This document shows positions 11,590 through 24,758 of a stretch of 64,000 nt of DNA, piece by piece. The notes beneath the pieces are model-generated. The model was not told where the DNA came from. It ran no database searches and was given only the letters and a program-made list of their open reading frames with translations. Made by a program: the position numbers and the translations under genes. The number at the start of each line of letters is the position of its first letter. Position 1 is the stretch's first letter. This DNA comes from Eledone cirrhosa. Taxonomy: Eukaryota. The DNA lies in contig OZ024741.1 in NCBI GenBank assembly GCA_964016885.1, forward strand, positions 64,728,001 through 64,792,000, given 5' to 3'.

Positions 11590-12004
11590 ATAGTAATGAT
11601 TTCTACTATAGGCACAAGGCCAGCAATTTTGAGGAGGGGAAAGTCAATTAAATCGATCCAGGTGCATGACTGGTACTTTATTTTATCGACCTGTAAGGAT
11701 GAAAGGCAAAGCTAACCTCAGTGGGATTTGAAATCAGAACATAAAGTGTCGTAACTTTATACCATGAAGCAGGGTGTCTGACACTCTACCGATACTGCCA
11801 ATCCACTGCCCTCAAAATAATGATAATAATAATTGTTTATACTTTAGGCACAAGGCCAGCAATTACACAGTGCATTACTGGTACTTTATTTTATCGACCC
11901 CGTAAGGATGAAAGGCAAAGTCAACCTCGGCGGGATTTGAACTCAGATCGTAAAGGGACGTAACTATGCTGGAAAGCATGGCTCCGACCCTCTACCGATA
12001 CTGC
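11590..12004 (-). mobile_element. two head-to-tail SINE family A copies (11590-11812 long, 11817-12004 short)
   Basis: Two successive cores and tails separated by an AAT run. Confidence 0.87.
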
Positions 12005-12259
12005 ATAATAATAAAAAGCAAAACAGTTCAAGAGCTATTTACAAGGTAGCATTGAGGTTAATAAAGCTATGAATACTAGAAATAAAGACCTATAAATAAA
12101 GAATGAATATTGCAGGTTGCAAATCCTAAAGTTGCCAATTATAATGTTGATAATACTGAGGTAGTTGAAATTAAGAATAGTTCTAAATAAAAGTTAGTTA
12201 GTTATGTGAAATCATGGAATCTATTCCAAAATGAAAGATTACTGAAAACATCTACCCAC

Positions 12260-12305
12260 CTCTCCATGTATCAATTTTGTGTTCTTCTAATTCATCCATA
12301 TGGGC
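12260..12305 (-). CDS. PRKAG: AMPK gamma exon: AHMDELEEHKIDTWR
   Basis: 46 nt, cAG/GTggg; ELEEHKI.TWR motif. Confidence 0.96.
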
Positions 12306-12801
12306 CTGAAAATAAAAAAATATTTGTTTAAGTATAAAAATACCATCATTTATTAACTTAAGCTTAAAAAAGAAAAAAAAAATTGCAATCATATATTTTT
12401 GCCTTGAATTAACAAATGCCTTACTGAAATTTTGTAGCCAGCTCAAGCTTTGCTAGCAGGGAAAGAGGATATTATATGATGATGATGATGATGAAAATGT
12501 GTAGATTCAAGCTGTGTGTGTCTGTGTGTGTTGATGAGGGTGAGCAAAATTGATGTGCCAAACAAAATATGTTGTGGTATTTAGTTTCCTCATATATATG
12601 ACCTTGTATACCAAAGTCAAATACCATTCATCTCTTGGAGTCAATATTAAAACCCTTCACAGCAGTATCCTCATCATGGCCACAGTCTTCGGATGGAAAT
12701 GAGTAAGAAAAGGATGTAAAAACAACTCTAACAATAAATTATTTTTAACAAATAGACAAATAAAATAAAATAGTATTATTAAATAGAATAACAATACTTA
12801 C

Positions 12802-12860
12802 TAATGGAACCTTGTAGTATTTCTGCAGAATACTAATAAAATCAGTTATTGTTAACATGC
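12802..12860 (-). CDS. PRKAG: AMPK gamma exon: (G)MLTITDFISILQKYYKVPL
   Basis: 59 nt, cAG/GTaag; GMLTITDFI motif. Confidence 0.97.
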
Positions 12861-13655
12861 CTGTAAAAAAGAGAAAAAATGTTATGTAAATGGTTAGAAT
12901 AAAATCAAATAAAAATATCTGAACAATAGTCAATAAAACAACTACAAGTGTTTTAAATGGTGCACCAGATTGGTGGCTAGAGGTCTCATCCATTTACAGT
13001 TGAAATTTCTAAATGCAATTGCAAATTCTATTCTGATAATTTCTTCTGTTTTGCCTACAGAATTCTCTTCCAGTTTCTGGCTACTACAATTTGCAAACAC
13101 TCAAAAGCAATATCAATTGTCATCTCTCTCCTTGAATTATGTTATCTCTTGCATTTTAGTGGCTTTAGTTCATTGCTTGGGGTTGAGAAAAGAAAAACAT
13201 TTTTTTACTAAAGCAAGGGTTAGCCTTGTAAGCCTCATGGCAAACTTTATACTCATCATGGGGCCTTTTTTGAGGTAATGTTTTATGGTTGAATGTTCTT
13301 TCTGGCTCCAACTCTTTCTCTTTTAATCACTTTTACTGACACACATGAGTAGAGAGTACCTATTCTAAACTGGATATATTCAGTAATAATCAATAATCAA
13401 TTAAATTAAAAAAAAAAAAATGTTTCAACAGTTGTCTTCTCAATGTCTGAATAGTTTGTATTAATAATTTTATGTTAGGTTATTTTCCAAACACTAACTT
13501 AATAATGATTTCTTTATTGACCATTAGAGCCAACACCAGTTTAAGAATGAAAACAGTTATATTCTTCTAATTTCCTGATCAATTATACAATTAATTGAAA
13601 ATCATAGGCAATGTATTTTATTAGAAATATGTTAAGAAAAGGGTTAAAAACTTAC

Positions 13656-13737
13656 CAACATAATCTTGCTTTGCACTGTCCCACAGAGGGGCTGCTCTTA
13701 CTCCATTGTATACAAGAGCAAAAAAAGCTTTCTTTAC
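13656..13737 (-). CDS. PRKAG: AMPK gamma exon: [27 protein letters not shown](G)
   Basis: 82 nt, cAG/GTaag, in frame with neighbours; VRAAPLW CBS1 motif. Confidence 0.97.
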
Positions 13738-14741
13738 CTGAAACAAATTGAAACAACATTCAGTGATTTATAGATATGGAGAAAAGAATCTACAGCAGAC
13801 AATAGAGGAATTAAAGTAAAAGTGTCATTAGAGTTAAAGAGATCAAATGTAAGAGAGCTATTTGTCATCACTTTTATGTCTGCTTTACATGCTGGCATAG
13901 GTAGGGACAAGACCTTTTGGTTAGTAGTCTACAGCTGATGTTCTGAAACCAGCCCAGACTTGTTCTACTAAACTTTACATGAATTGCTGAGATGCAGGAC
14001 ATAAACACAACTGGCAGTCGAAGCAGTGTCATTATGAAGGCACGCAGAGGCAAACACACATATATATATATATAAAATGAGAACTTTATAAGTAGTGGAG
14101 AAGGCAGCCTGTCTTGGAGGGCAGTTACCCTGAATTAATACTGACACAGGATAGAGAGGACTCATAAGTCTTGGCAGACAACCTCTCTAGTCTTGGTGAC
14201 ATGATAAAATTAACACAGACTACATTGTAAAATGGTTGGCGATAGGAAGGGCATCCAACCAGAAAACTTCTATAAAAAATAAACAATAACTAGCACAACA
14301 TACATTATTCTATGAGAGGGAGGAGGCTGTACTGGAAAGGACCTATCCAAATGATATAAGCATGGAAAAGATGTAAAAGTGGTGATGATGATACACATAT
14401 ATGCGTGTATGTGATAAGTTTCTGCAGTTTCTCTGTAATTTCATTCACATTGGTCAGCTTCAGACTATAGTAGAAGACACTTTCCCAAGGAGTCATGCAG
14501 TGACGATCTCATAACCATATGGTGCAAATAATTGGATATATGGAATGAAGTATAGTGGCAAGAATTAATTATTTGCCAGGTTTTAAATATTGACATTTAT
14601 TTTATCATCATCAACAGTATTTAAACCCAGATAAGAATATTTTAGTCGAACTAAAACAAAGCTGGAAATCGCCTCCACCAATTACTGTTGTTCTACATTA
14701 GCAATATCTTGGGCTAGTTGAATGTAAGACAAATTAGAATT

Positions 14742-14799
14742 GGTGTGAAAAACATACAGACTAATACTTTGGTGCGAAAAACATACAGACTAATACTTT
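14742..14799. repeat. 29-bp tandem duplication
   Basis: GGTG(T/C)GAAAAACATACAGACTAATACTTT x2. Confidence 0.9.
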
Positions 14800-15043
14800 A
14801 AATTGGAGCCTAGAACTTCATCAATGATAAAATAAACAAAATCAATCCTAAATAAGTAAATAAACTTCAAAATGTATGACTTTATGTTTCATATTTCTTA
14901 ATTCAATTCCCTCTTAAAATTAAAATTTAAATGAAAATGTTAAATATATGAGAAATGTTATAAAAATTATATAAGTTATCTCCCATTTCTATATGAATAT
15001 TATATAGAATTTGTGAAGCTGTACATGGTTGCAGTATTTGCAT

Positions 15044-15269
15044 TTAACCCTTGAGCATTTAAACTGGCTATATCTGGCCAAAATTCTCTCACCACTTTCT
15101 GTTCAAACTGGCCATAACCAGTCACCTCAGAGATGTTAAGGTATTGTTCTCAAAATAAATAATATCAAAATCTCGTAGATTTGATATTATGTGAGATAAT
15201 TATGTAAGATAAAGCTTTTATTGTGAAAATACAATAGCAAATAGAGTAATGTAAATGGTAAAGGGTTAA
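15044..15269. mobile_element. piggyBac-like MITE, family 1
   Basis: TTAA-CCCTTGAGCATTTA...TAAATGGTAAAGGG-TTAA. Confidence 0.7.
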
Positions 15270-15388
15270 CCGTAGTTTATTCTTTCAACTCACAATTTCC
15301 TTTCTCCCAAAATAAGTTTCACATCAACATAGTAGGCTTAATCCCTTATTTTACTTAATATGACTATTTGGATTTTGAGTACCTTTAG

Positions 15389-15632
15389 TGGCTTGGTTTC
15401 TACAGCTGAATGTCCTTCCTAGTGCCAACCTCATTTACAGTGAGTACTGGGTGCTTTTTGTTGTGATGCCTACATGACCACTTTACAGTATGGACTGGGT
15501 GCTTTTTTGCTGTGTCGTCATCACAACCACTCTACTGTGTGGGCTGGATGCTTTTTTGCTGTGTCACCATCACGATCACTTTACAGTGTGGGCTGGGCGC
15601 TTTTTTGTCATATCGCCATTATGACCACTTTA
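15389..15632 (-). repeat. RTE/SINE 3' UTR domain with about four tandem 48-bp units
   Basis: Unit CTGGGTGCTTTTTTGCTGTG...GACCACTTTACAGTGTGGG, also present at 5848-5940. Confidence 0.75.
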
Positions 15633-15844
15633 AATTTAAATAAAGTATATCTAATTAGAACCACGATCATAAAATGGTTAACATAGGTGTTTTTTTTCTT
15701 TTGCGTTATATAGTCAAACAGTCCATTAGTGTTAAAATGCTTACATATAACTCTACTTTAAAATATCTGGTGATATTTCCATACCAATAACAAAATACTT
15801 CATGTAATTTTACCAACATATTGAATATAAAACAACAAAATTAC

Positions 15845-15948
15845 CATTAACTGGGTATCAAATATCACTAATTTTGCACTCGTTGGTATGAGGTCATAGC
15901 ATTTGTGTGATTTCATGAATTTGGCAAACATCTGCTTGTGACTTTCAT
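15845..15948 (-). CDS. PRKAG: AMPK gamma subunit, first shared coding exon: (D)ESHKQMFAKFMKSHKCYDLIPTSAKLVIFDTQLM
   Basis: Acceptor tttcAG and donor GTaatt; 104 nt, starts phase 1. FMKSHKCYDLIPTS.KLV.FDT is the typical start of AMPK-gamma CBS1. Confidence 0.96.
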
Positions 15949-16568
15949 CTGAAACAAACAGAAAATATAGGTTACTTAAAAGAATTGATTGTATGGGTTA
16001 AAATGTTAAAATTAGCATCAATTAAATGTTTAGGTAAGTGACTATATATCATTGCCATCATCGTTTTTACACCTGTTTTTCTATGCTTGCATGGGTTGGA
16101 CATGTATGTGTGTGTGTGCATGCGCGTGTATGTATGTATATATATATATATATATATAATAATAATAATACATACACTGGTATTAGTCACATACAATCAA
16201 TTAAATGTGAAAAACAACCCCCTACTGAGAAAGTGAATCCTATTCCTGCTGACATCATATTCCAATACCATCATCTGTAAATCATCTACTTTATAGGTCA
16301 AATTAACCTTTAACCAAATATGGAATGATCAAGAAAATGAGTAAAAATCAACCAATAAGATTGAATGAACACACCCCACCAAGTGATGCTAGCTAGAGAG
16401 TCTTATACTGAATCCATATGTTAGCTGGGCATTGGAGGAGTCTCATCAAAACCTGCCCGGGACATACACATTGAACAAATGATTACGCAATAGCTGTCTG
16501 AGGGTTTTTTCTATTACATAATAGATACCACATACCACTGAAATATATATAACAGTAACAAAATAATG

Positions 16569-16848
16569 TAAAACAGAGAATGTCTGTCTGTCTGACTCCC
16601 TAAAACTTGAGAACCACCCAACCAATTTTTTTCAACCTTTACACACGTAATACTTATGGTTGTGTGAGTGTTTTGAGCCAAATATATTTCAAATTTTCAA
16701 TGTCCTAGGGACCACATTAGGCGATTTAGCAATCTCTCTCTATAATTCTTAGTCTTTCTTTTTAGATAGATACATAGATATAACGTTGCACCCTTATAAT
16801 ATCTGTCTGTATGTCTGGCTGTCTGTATTACGACATTATGATACTATA

Positions 16849-16895
<47 letters not shown>

Positions 16896-17846
16896 TGTAA
16901 CGTTTTTCAAAATATTTACTTCTGCGTTCACAGATTGATTTTTTAGTTTCAGAAGATCCCGTTAAGGGTGAAAGCAGCGATTCTTTGCTTAAAGTTTAAG
17001 CTGTTTTTTTAATATATATATATATATATAATTATATATTCGTGTACAGATATTTTTGCATACACAATAATAAAATATAAACAAAAGTATTTATTTTGTG
17101 ATAAAGTATTGATTTTCTTCGCACGGAAAAACCCCCTGGTAATCTACGATGAATTATTTTTATAAGCACAAAATGTAGACACCATCCCGAAGCCGAGGTA
17201 TTCTGTACTTCTCTGTACTGTTTCAGAAAGGAGAGATAAACATGCCAATCTATGTTTAGAATCCCGAGCAATGCCAGGCCATTTTCAATGCTCTAGGGAC
17301 CGCATTAGGCGAAAAACCGCATATTTTAGGCTTTAAAGGTTTTTTTGAGGCATAACGGAACAATAATCCAGGCGATTTCTTAAAAATTTGCATTACTTAT
17401 GTCGTTTAAAGTGTTTTGAGCAAAAAAGATTTCAAATTTTTGCCCGGGGACTGCATTGTTTAGCATTTTGGTTGCGTTAGGGCCTGTAACCTTAAAAGTA
17501 TCCAACTAAATTCCTTCATGCTCTCCACCACTGCAGTCCCACATGTTTACTGCTCTGTAACTATTGCTTTCATAGTACCATAGTACAACAAATACATGTT
17601 CGGTTTGTTGAATGTCTTTTTACTTAACCCTATTGTCTTGGCTTTCGTGGGTTGAACATTTTACTCTCAGGCACCCAATTAAGTTAAACCCCTGGTAATC
17701 TATGACAAATTTTTTTTATAAGCACAAAATGTAGACACCATTCCCAGGCCGAGGTATTCCGTACTTCTCTGTACTGTTTCAGAAAGGAGGGATAAACATG
17801 CCAATCTATGTTTAGAATCCCGAGCAACGCCAGGCCATTCTGCTAG
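16569..17846 (+). mobile_element. non-autonomous Helitron with duplicated 3' module
   Basis: 5' about 270 bp matches the inverted element at 30870-31138; ends CCCGAGCAACGCCAGG (degenerate hairpin) ... CTAG; 17129-17283 repeated at 17687-17840. Confidence 0.75.
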
Positions 17847-18733
17847 CATATATATATACAGAGAGAGAGTAGGTCACGATGACACAAAAAAAGATGCAGT
17901 GAATATGTAAAACGTAAAAGTTAAATACACGAACAAAAAGTGAGAAAAGGAAGACATGATTTGACAAAATATTTGCACAAAAATATAAACAATGTGTGCA
18001 CGGTAGAAATATTTATACTGAATAGAAAATGAAGAGATTTGACATTCTGAGTGGAACCTTTTATCAGAGTAAGAAAAGAAGAAGAAATAAGAAAAAGTAT
18101 AGGAACAATGCCAAGTTGAAGATATGTGTTTTGAATGGTAACATCCTATGGTATCATATATCATCATCATAGTTTTTACATTCACTTCCCACGCTAGCAT
18201 GGGTTGGACAGGTTGTCAATGGTCCAGACACAGATGGTTTGGAGCAATCTCATCTTGTGATATATTCTATATTTAGCATCGTTTCTATGGCTGGATGCCT
18301 TCCAAACTTCATCACCTTACAGGGTGTACTGAAGAATCCTCATAAATCCTATATTATTTCCATTCAATTGTCAAAGTCTGTAGCCTCCAATCTCTCATGT
18401 TTACTTTTAATGCTGCAGCGCTTGTATATAACTTTCTTTCTTAAACCTGTAACTCCTGAGAGAGTTGTCGTGGCTCTGTAGTGACTTATGCTGTTCTTGG
18501 GTATTTTCAAAAATCTGTTGGGGCCCAGATTTCTTCCAAAGAAGAGTGATGGAGAGGAAGTAAGAAAGAGATATAGAGGAAGAATGCCCAGTATTAGACT
18601 AGTATTTTATTTATCAAAAAGATGACAGGCAAAGTTGACCTCAGTGGATTTGAACTCAGAGCTGGAACGAATATCGCAATATCCAACAATCTAACGTTAC
18701 ACACAGAGAGAGAGAGAGAGAGAGTAAAATAAG

Positions 18734-19075
18734 TGCAGGTATCACTGTGTGGTCGAGAAGTTCACTTTGCAATCAGGTGTCTTCAGGTTCAGTTCCACTG
18801 TAAGGCACCTTGGGCAACTGTCTTCTATTAGAGCATTGAGTTGATCAATACCATGTGAGTGAAATTTGGTAGATGGAAAATATGTAGAGGTGGTATGTAT
18901 GCATCCATATCTGTATTTGCATTTACTTGGCTTAACTGGAGTTATTAGTTTATGTCTATAACTTAATGGTTCAACAAACAGAGATTGATAACATTTTTAG
19001 TGATTGATATCACCTACAGAACACTTCCTAGTGGTGCTCCAGGATGGTATCAATCCAGTGACTAAAACCAGTAAT
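18734..19075 (+). mobile_element. old SINE family C
   Basis: Similar to 9926-10215. Confidence 0.6.
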
Positions 19076-19087
19076 ATATAAACAGAC

Positions 19088-19091
<4 letters not shown>

Positions 19092-19120
<29 letters not shown>

Positions 19121-19158
19121 TTTCTTTATTGGCCACAAGGGCTGACACCAAGAAAAAC
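19092..19158 (-). mobile_element. Tx1-like 3' terminal stub with (ATT)n tail
   Basis: CCCTTGTGGCCAATAAAGAAATCATTATT versus the element end CCCTTGTGGTTAATAAAGAAAGCATTATT; a weaker stub at 13501-13537. Confidence 0.7.
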
Positions 19159-19281
19159 AATAATAATAATTGTTTCTACTTTTGGCACAAGGCCAGCAAT
19201 TACCCAATGCATTACTGGTACTTTATTCTATCGACCCCGGAAGGATGAAAGGCAAAGTTAACCTCGGCGAGATTTGAACTC
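19159..19281 (-). mobile_element. 5'-truncated SINE family A
   Basis: Begins at the B-box GAGTTCAAATCTCG; core and tail intact. Confidence 0.85.
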
Positions 19282-19549
19282 AATAATAATAATAATAATG
19301 CTTTCTTTATTAACCACAAGGGTTTACACAAAGTAGACATTAAGGACAGTACAGGACAATACAGGACGGTACAAAAGGGCATTTCTGCGTGTAAAAAAAC
19401 AAAAAAACAGAGGATGTAATAATAGAACAATGAAAAAATTCCCCAATAGGGAGGAGACTTCCGAGGGACATTCGTGGAGAAAGCCCATTAAAAAGCCAGT
19501 GACCCTGACCACCAGGGCAAGTGCCCTCTCCCAGTTTTCCACCTTTAAT

Positions 19550-22500
19550 TTACAGACACATACTCAGAGTAGGCTCATTCACTCGAGCCATTCTTGCCTC
19601 TCTCACCCATCTTTCAACAAAATGCTGGGAAGAGAGCACTTCCATCTCTACCCTGATTTTCCTTTTCAAATGAAATTTGAAAAAGTTAATCAGGGCATCA
19701 CCGAAGAGGTAAGTGCTTGTCTTCAGCCCTTTCAAACGTGTTCACCATACTATCTCTTTCGCCATGGCCACCAGACAGATAAAAACTGCCTGCCCTTGCC
19801 GGCTAAAGGAAGAGGGCAGGGCAATCCTCACGAAGGACTTAGCTGATAGCTGGATCCGTCCTACACGCGACAGCAGGTGTTCGACATAAACCCACAAGTC
19901 AGCAATGCTTGGACACTGGACGAGTGCATGCAGGACGGTTTCGTCGCCCTGTGCGCATATCGGACATGCCCGGCTGACGGCACCTCCATGCCTGTAGAGT
20001 TTATCCCGAACTGGCAAAGCTCCTCGGTAGCACTGCCAGGCCAGGGATTTCTGGAAGTTGTCCATAGGCCCCGGCCCGAAAGTTCTTCCGAAGAGATTCG
20101 CTAGTTGATTTTTGTCGACACCTAGAGTTTCCCCAAGTACGTCGTCGCTCTTCCTCTCCACTAATCCTCTATAGAACGCCAAGGTGGAGTTTCCACCGAT
20201 CACATTGCCCGATTGGTCGAGGGCTGTGAGCGCCTGAAGACATTCCAGTCTCCAAGCGCTCCTTCTCGATCTTCGCTTGACACAGGACTGCAGCTCCGTC
20301 AAGGAGACGAGCTGGGGAAAGAGGTGTCTAGCAAACAGCGACCACAGCTGATCACCGTCGAGGAAGAGGTGGAGATGTAGCCTGAGCGCGTGTCTGCGCA
20401 TCATCAGCCACGGCATGCCCAGCCCTCCACGTAGCGGGTGTTGACAGCAGATGGACCGCTTGACCATCGGAGCACGTCCCTTCCACAAAAAGCGAAAGAA
20501 CGCTCCAGCGCAGTCAGGCGGGGCTTAGGACAAGGTACAACGGTCAGGCGGTAGTAGATGACGGACGCCATGTACGCGTTAGCCACCTCCGCTCGACCTT
20601 TCAAGGATAGCTTCCTCTCCGCCCATTTCTGGGTGAGAGAAGCCACCCTGCTCGTCACCTCGTCCCAGTTTTTGTCCGTCTGGAGGTCCGGACTGAACCA
20701 GACCCCTAGTAATTTAACCGGTCCGTCCGTCCAGCGCCCAATGATGCTGTTGGACGGCATGGACCTGCCTCTCCAGGTGCCGAGCTGCAGGCCCACTGAC
20801 TTTTCCTGGTTGATCATTGCTCCTGTCACCGCTTTGTATTCTCTTAGTGTAGTGCCGATGTCACCACTACGGTGACATTGTCCGCATATGCTGACACAGA
20901 TCTTCCGCATCCTAGTTCGGGCGGGATCCCCCTCAACGTCTCCAGTTTGTGCAATAATGGCTCGAGAGTCAATACGTACAAGAAGGACGAGAGGAGACAT
21001 CCTTGGCGGACCGAGCGCATGATGTTGAATGGTTCCGAAAGGTGACCGTTCACTCTCACCACAGAGCAGATGTCGCTGTGCATGGCAGCGATCCAGCCTC
21101 TCAAGACGGGCCCAAAGCCAGCCACCCTCAGGACTGCCGCTAGGTAACGATGGTCGACCCTATTGAAAGCTTTCGACTGAACTAAATTGATCAAGGACCC
21201 ACCCGTGCCAGGTTCCCTAGCTACCCTCTCTACGATGTATCGCATGAGGTGGAGGTTGTCGTGGATGGATCTGTCGGGAATGGCGCATGTCTGTGCCTCT
21301 CCCACCAGACCACCAACGACAAGCGCCAACCTCTTTGCTAGCACCTTGGTCAAAATCTTGAACTCTGTGTTATCCCCCTTGTTCCGATCCTTTCTCAGCA
21401 GCGCCACCGCTCCTCGGCTCACAGAGCTGGGAATTCTCCCGTTCTGTTGCCAGTTGCAGTAGACGTCCGCCAAGAGGCCTCCGAACAAGTCTGGCATCTG
21501 TACGTAAAGTTCATAGAGCAGACCATCCAAACCAGGCGATTTACCCCTTGTGCAGCCAGTCATTGCCTCCCGTACTTCAGCGGCTGTTATCGGCTTTTCG
21601 CAACACTCCGCCTCAGTGGCCGAGAGCCGCGGTAGACACTAAAGTCCTTCCCTTGATCCGGCCCGCCGCTGCCCCCGAACAGCTGGGCGAAGTGTCGCTG
21701 AAAAGCTTCACACATTTTCCCGGGATCGAGTAGCATGTGCCCATCGTGGTCCACCAAACATCAGATTGTGGCTTTGTTGCCACGACGCGCCTCCGCCACT
21801 TGGGCCCATTGAACGGCTTTCGTCCCCTCGTGTCTGAGAGCACGCACCCTAGCTCTGACAATGCAGCCTTCGTGCTTTGCATTGAAGAATTGGTCAAGAG
21901 CCAATTTCGCCGCAAGTACGTCAGTCGCGATGCCTTTGCTAAGCGCCTCGTCTAATTTTCTAACTAGTTCTCCCTCTGCTCTATTTTTCTCTATTGCTAA
22001 AGCCTTACTAAACCTAATGGACTCTATTCTAAGCGCTCTTTTCAGAGCAAACCACCACTTGTTGTTGACGATGGCCCCCGTCAATGCCCGCTTAACTACT
22101 TCGCTAATCCGGTCTCTGTAGGCCTTGCGCGCTGGTAAGGACGCATTTAGCTTCCAGTAGCCGAGTCCTCGTCTATGAAGCCTATCTAAGTCAAGCACAC
22201 AAATCACGAATTTGTGGTCCGTGTAGGTGACTATCTTGAATTGTGGACAGCCTATGCTAGACCTATCTATTTCCCTACAAAATACTCTATTTAGATATGA
22301 TCTGGATGACCCTATGCGATTTGTCCAAGTCCACATTGGCACATTCGGGAAATCCAATCGGTACCTGTCAGACAGTTCAAAACGCCTGAGCAGGTTGGTG
22401 AGGCTCTTGCACCCTTCTCCCCTATCCACTAATCCCACACAGTCCCAGTGTGCATCTAAGATCCCATTCCAGTCGCCCACTAACACTAAAGAGCGGGACG

Positions 22501-22894
22501 TTCCAAGAAAGGTCTCCAGACGCCGGAAGAAACCAGGCTGCCCTGCTCCTGTCGGGGCATAGACGGCCACTAGCCTGAAAGCTTGCCCGTCTCCGCTGGT
22601 CACGTCCAGCACCACCAACTTACCTTCTGGATCCAGGAAGATGGCCCGTATGGCAAGATCCAAACCTCTCCGAAAAAGCACAGCAACTCCTCCTCCCGAT
22701 CCAGGATGGCTGAGAGATGCGTACACATCGTAGCCGCCGAAGATCGGTGCGAAGGCCCGTGTTTCGGAGATTCTGGTCTCGCTGATGGCCACTACATCTA
22801 TGTTTAGTGACCTGAGGTCGTTGAGCAGGTGGCCCTGCTTCCATGACGACCCCAAGCCACGCGCATTTATGCTGCCTATTCTGAGTGTGGTCAT
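19550..22894 (-). pseudogene. Tx1-like ORF2 (APE endonuclease, RT, zinc motif), frameshifted; YADD changed to YADN
   Basis: SINARGL, ISET, VYAP, LVGDWN, YTDH, GYWKLN, KSPGLDG, SVRQGC, AYADNV, GGLG, CPIC..ETVLHALVQC. Confidence 0.9.
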
Positions 22895-22928
22895 GTTGAA
22901 ATGTAGTGGCAAAGATGGGAAAGACCAC

Positions 22929-24758
22929 TTACCTCACTTCTCGTAGAGGAAGGATGGTTTCTCCATCCTTTTCACTGCTTGTGGCCTCCTCCGGAAGGAT
23001 GTCCTTATAAATCCTCCTGGAGAGTGCTTGTTGGAAGTCTCTGAGGAACTTTTGTTTTAGTGTCGTGTATGTTTTCTGTGTGATGCGAGTGATTTGTATG
23101 TGTGGAGGCGGTGTGAACTTTTGGGTTGTTGTGTAGTCTTTTTCTGTGATGCTGGTGTTGTGTTGGATGTAGTGTAATAATTGGTTGTTCAAATTTAAGG
23201 CTGTGTAGTGTGTATCGTTTTGGTTGTTTTGTTTTGCTTGCGTTTGTTGTGGGTTTGTTTCTGTTTCGCTTTTTGGTGACTTTTGTGGTGTTGGTGATGG
23301 TGGTGTTGGGGTTAATGATGGTGATGGTGTTGGTGGTGATGGGGTTGGTGATGCTGGTGTGGATGGTGGCATAGCTGTCCTAACTTTTTTGTTTGATAGT
23401 TTATTTGTTTCCCTCTGTATTTTGTTTTTGGAGGGGGAGGGAAGAGGATTTTTTCTTTTTTTCTTTTTTCCTGATACTGTTTCCCACTCCTCATCGTCAC
23501 AATCTGTCTCCAGTTGCGATAGGTCGGGGAGTGGAAAATCCTCCACAGGCGTTGGTTTTGGTTGTGGCGTGGTGGATGGTGTAGGTGCTGGTGCTAGTTC
23601 TGTGGCGTTGGGTGGTGGTGGTGTTGGTTTTGCTACTGTTGCTGTTTACAGTTGCTTCTATTGTTGCTGCTACAGTTGTTGCCATTTCTGCTGCTGGTGG
23701 TGTTGATGGTTGAGTCACTGGGGTGGGTAAGAGAGGTGGCCTCAACCTTTTAGCCTGAGGGCAGAAAGCCCTTAGGTGGGTTCCTTCACCACAAACGACA
23801 CACCTAGGCCTTCTGCCTTCAACGATTACGGTGAGGTGGCTACCATCAGTGAGTTCTATTACCTCTGGGATCTCCTCAATGCTTTTTTGGTCCACTTGGA
23901 TCAGGAGCTCCATCCCAGATCCGGACCAGATCTCCTGCTTTTCTTTCACTATTTCGATTATCTTGGTGTTGGCCTCGATGCCGGCAGCCATTAGCCAGGG
24001 AATTTCGATGGCCGGTGAAACGTGGGTCACCCTGATCTTCACGAGTCTCTGGCCACAATAGCTTGGGACGAGTGTGAAGTCGTCACTTCTTAATGGGGCC
24101 ATGGAGTGTTCTCTGGCCTCCTGTGGTGTTCCAAAGAATACGTCCACGGTTCCATATTTCTGCCCACGTCTGATGTGGGTTTTTTTTGCCCACACATGTC
24201 CCAAAGCTTTTTGGATTTGGGACTCGGATGCCCGTTCCACTCGGCGCAATTTTATGTTAATCGTCTGATAAGACACGGTGCATAGGCGCCGATGCTCCAT
24301 TTTATTAGGTGGGGGGCTGACCCCGTACCATTCTCTTAGCTTCATCTAATTCCTCCTGAGTTACCTGGATTGCTTCGCACTTTTTTGCTACTCTGGCAAA
24401 AGACAGGGTGGTTTTCTTATTCTCATTGTTGTTGTTGCTGTTATCGTTATTTTTAGTTTCAGTTGTGGTGGCGTCAGTGGTGTTCGGTGTGGAAGAGTCC
24501 ATTCTGGGTGAATCCATTTCGATGTCATGAGATAATTTCTTTTTTCTTTTGTTTCTGTTGTCGCTGTGGTGGTGGTGGGGTGGCAGCTACAACACCTGCT
24601 GTCATTGGTAATGGCGGGAAATGAATGTCTGCATGAGACAAATTTAAATTATTGCTACTGCTTATATTTTTAGTGTTGGCAAACGTAGTAATATTTACAA
24701 TGGTGGTGTCGGTGTGAGGTGTTAGTTTGTGAGGAAGGTGTGGATGTGAGTCGTCCAT
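22929..24758 (-). pseudogene. Tx1-like ORF1 (gag-like), three frameshifts
   Basis: Pieces 24525-24758, 24305-24517, 23497-24345, 22929-23546; LSFARVAK, VEGRRPRCVVCGEGTHLRAFC (CX2CX4HX4C), WETVSGKKKKRK. Confidence 0.8.

Noticed and set aside
19430-24268. Plus-strand ORFs over the Tx1-like element
   Set aside because: Antisense shadows of GC-richer coding DNA with no recognisable motifs.
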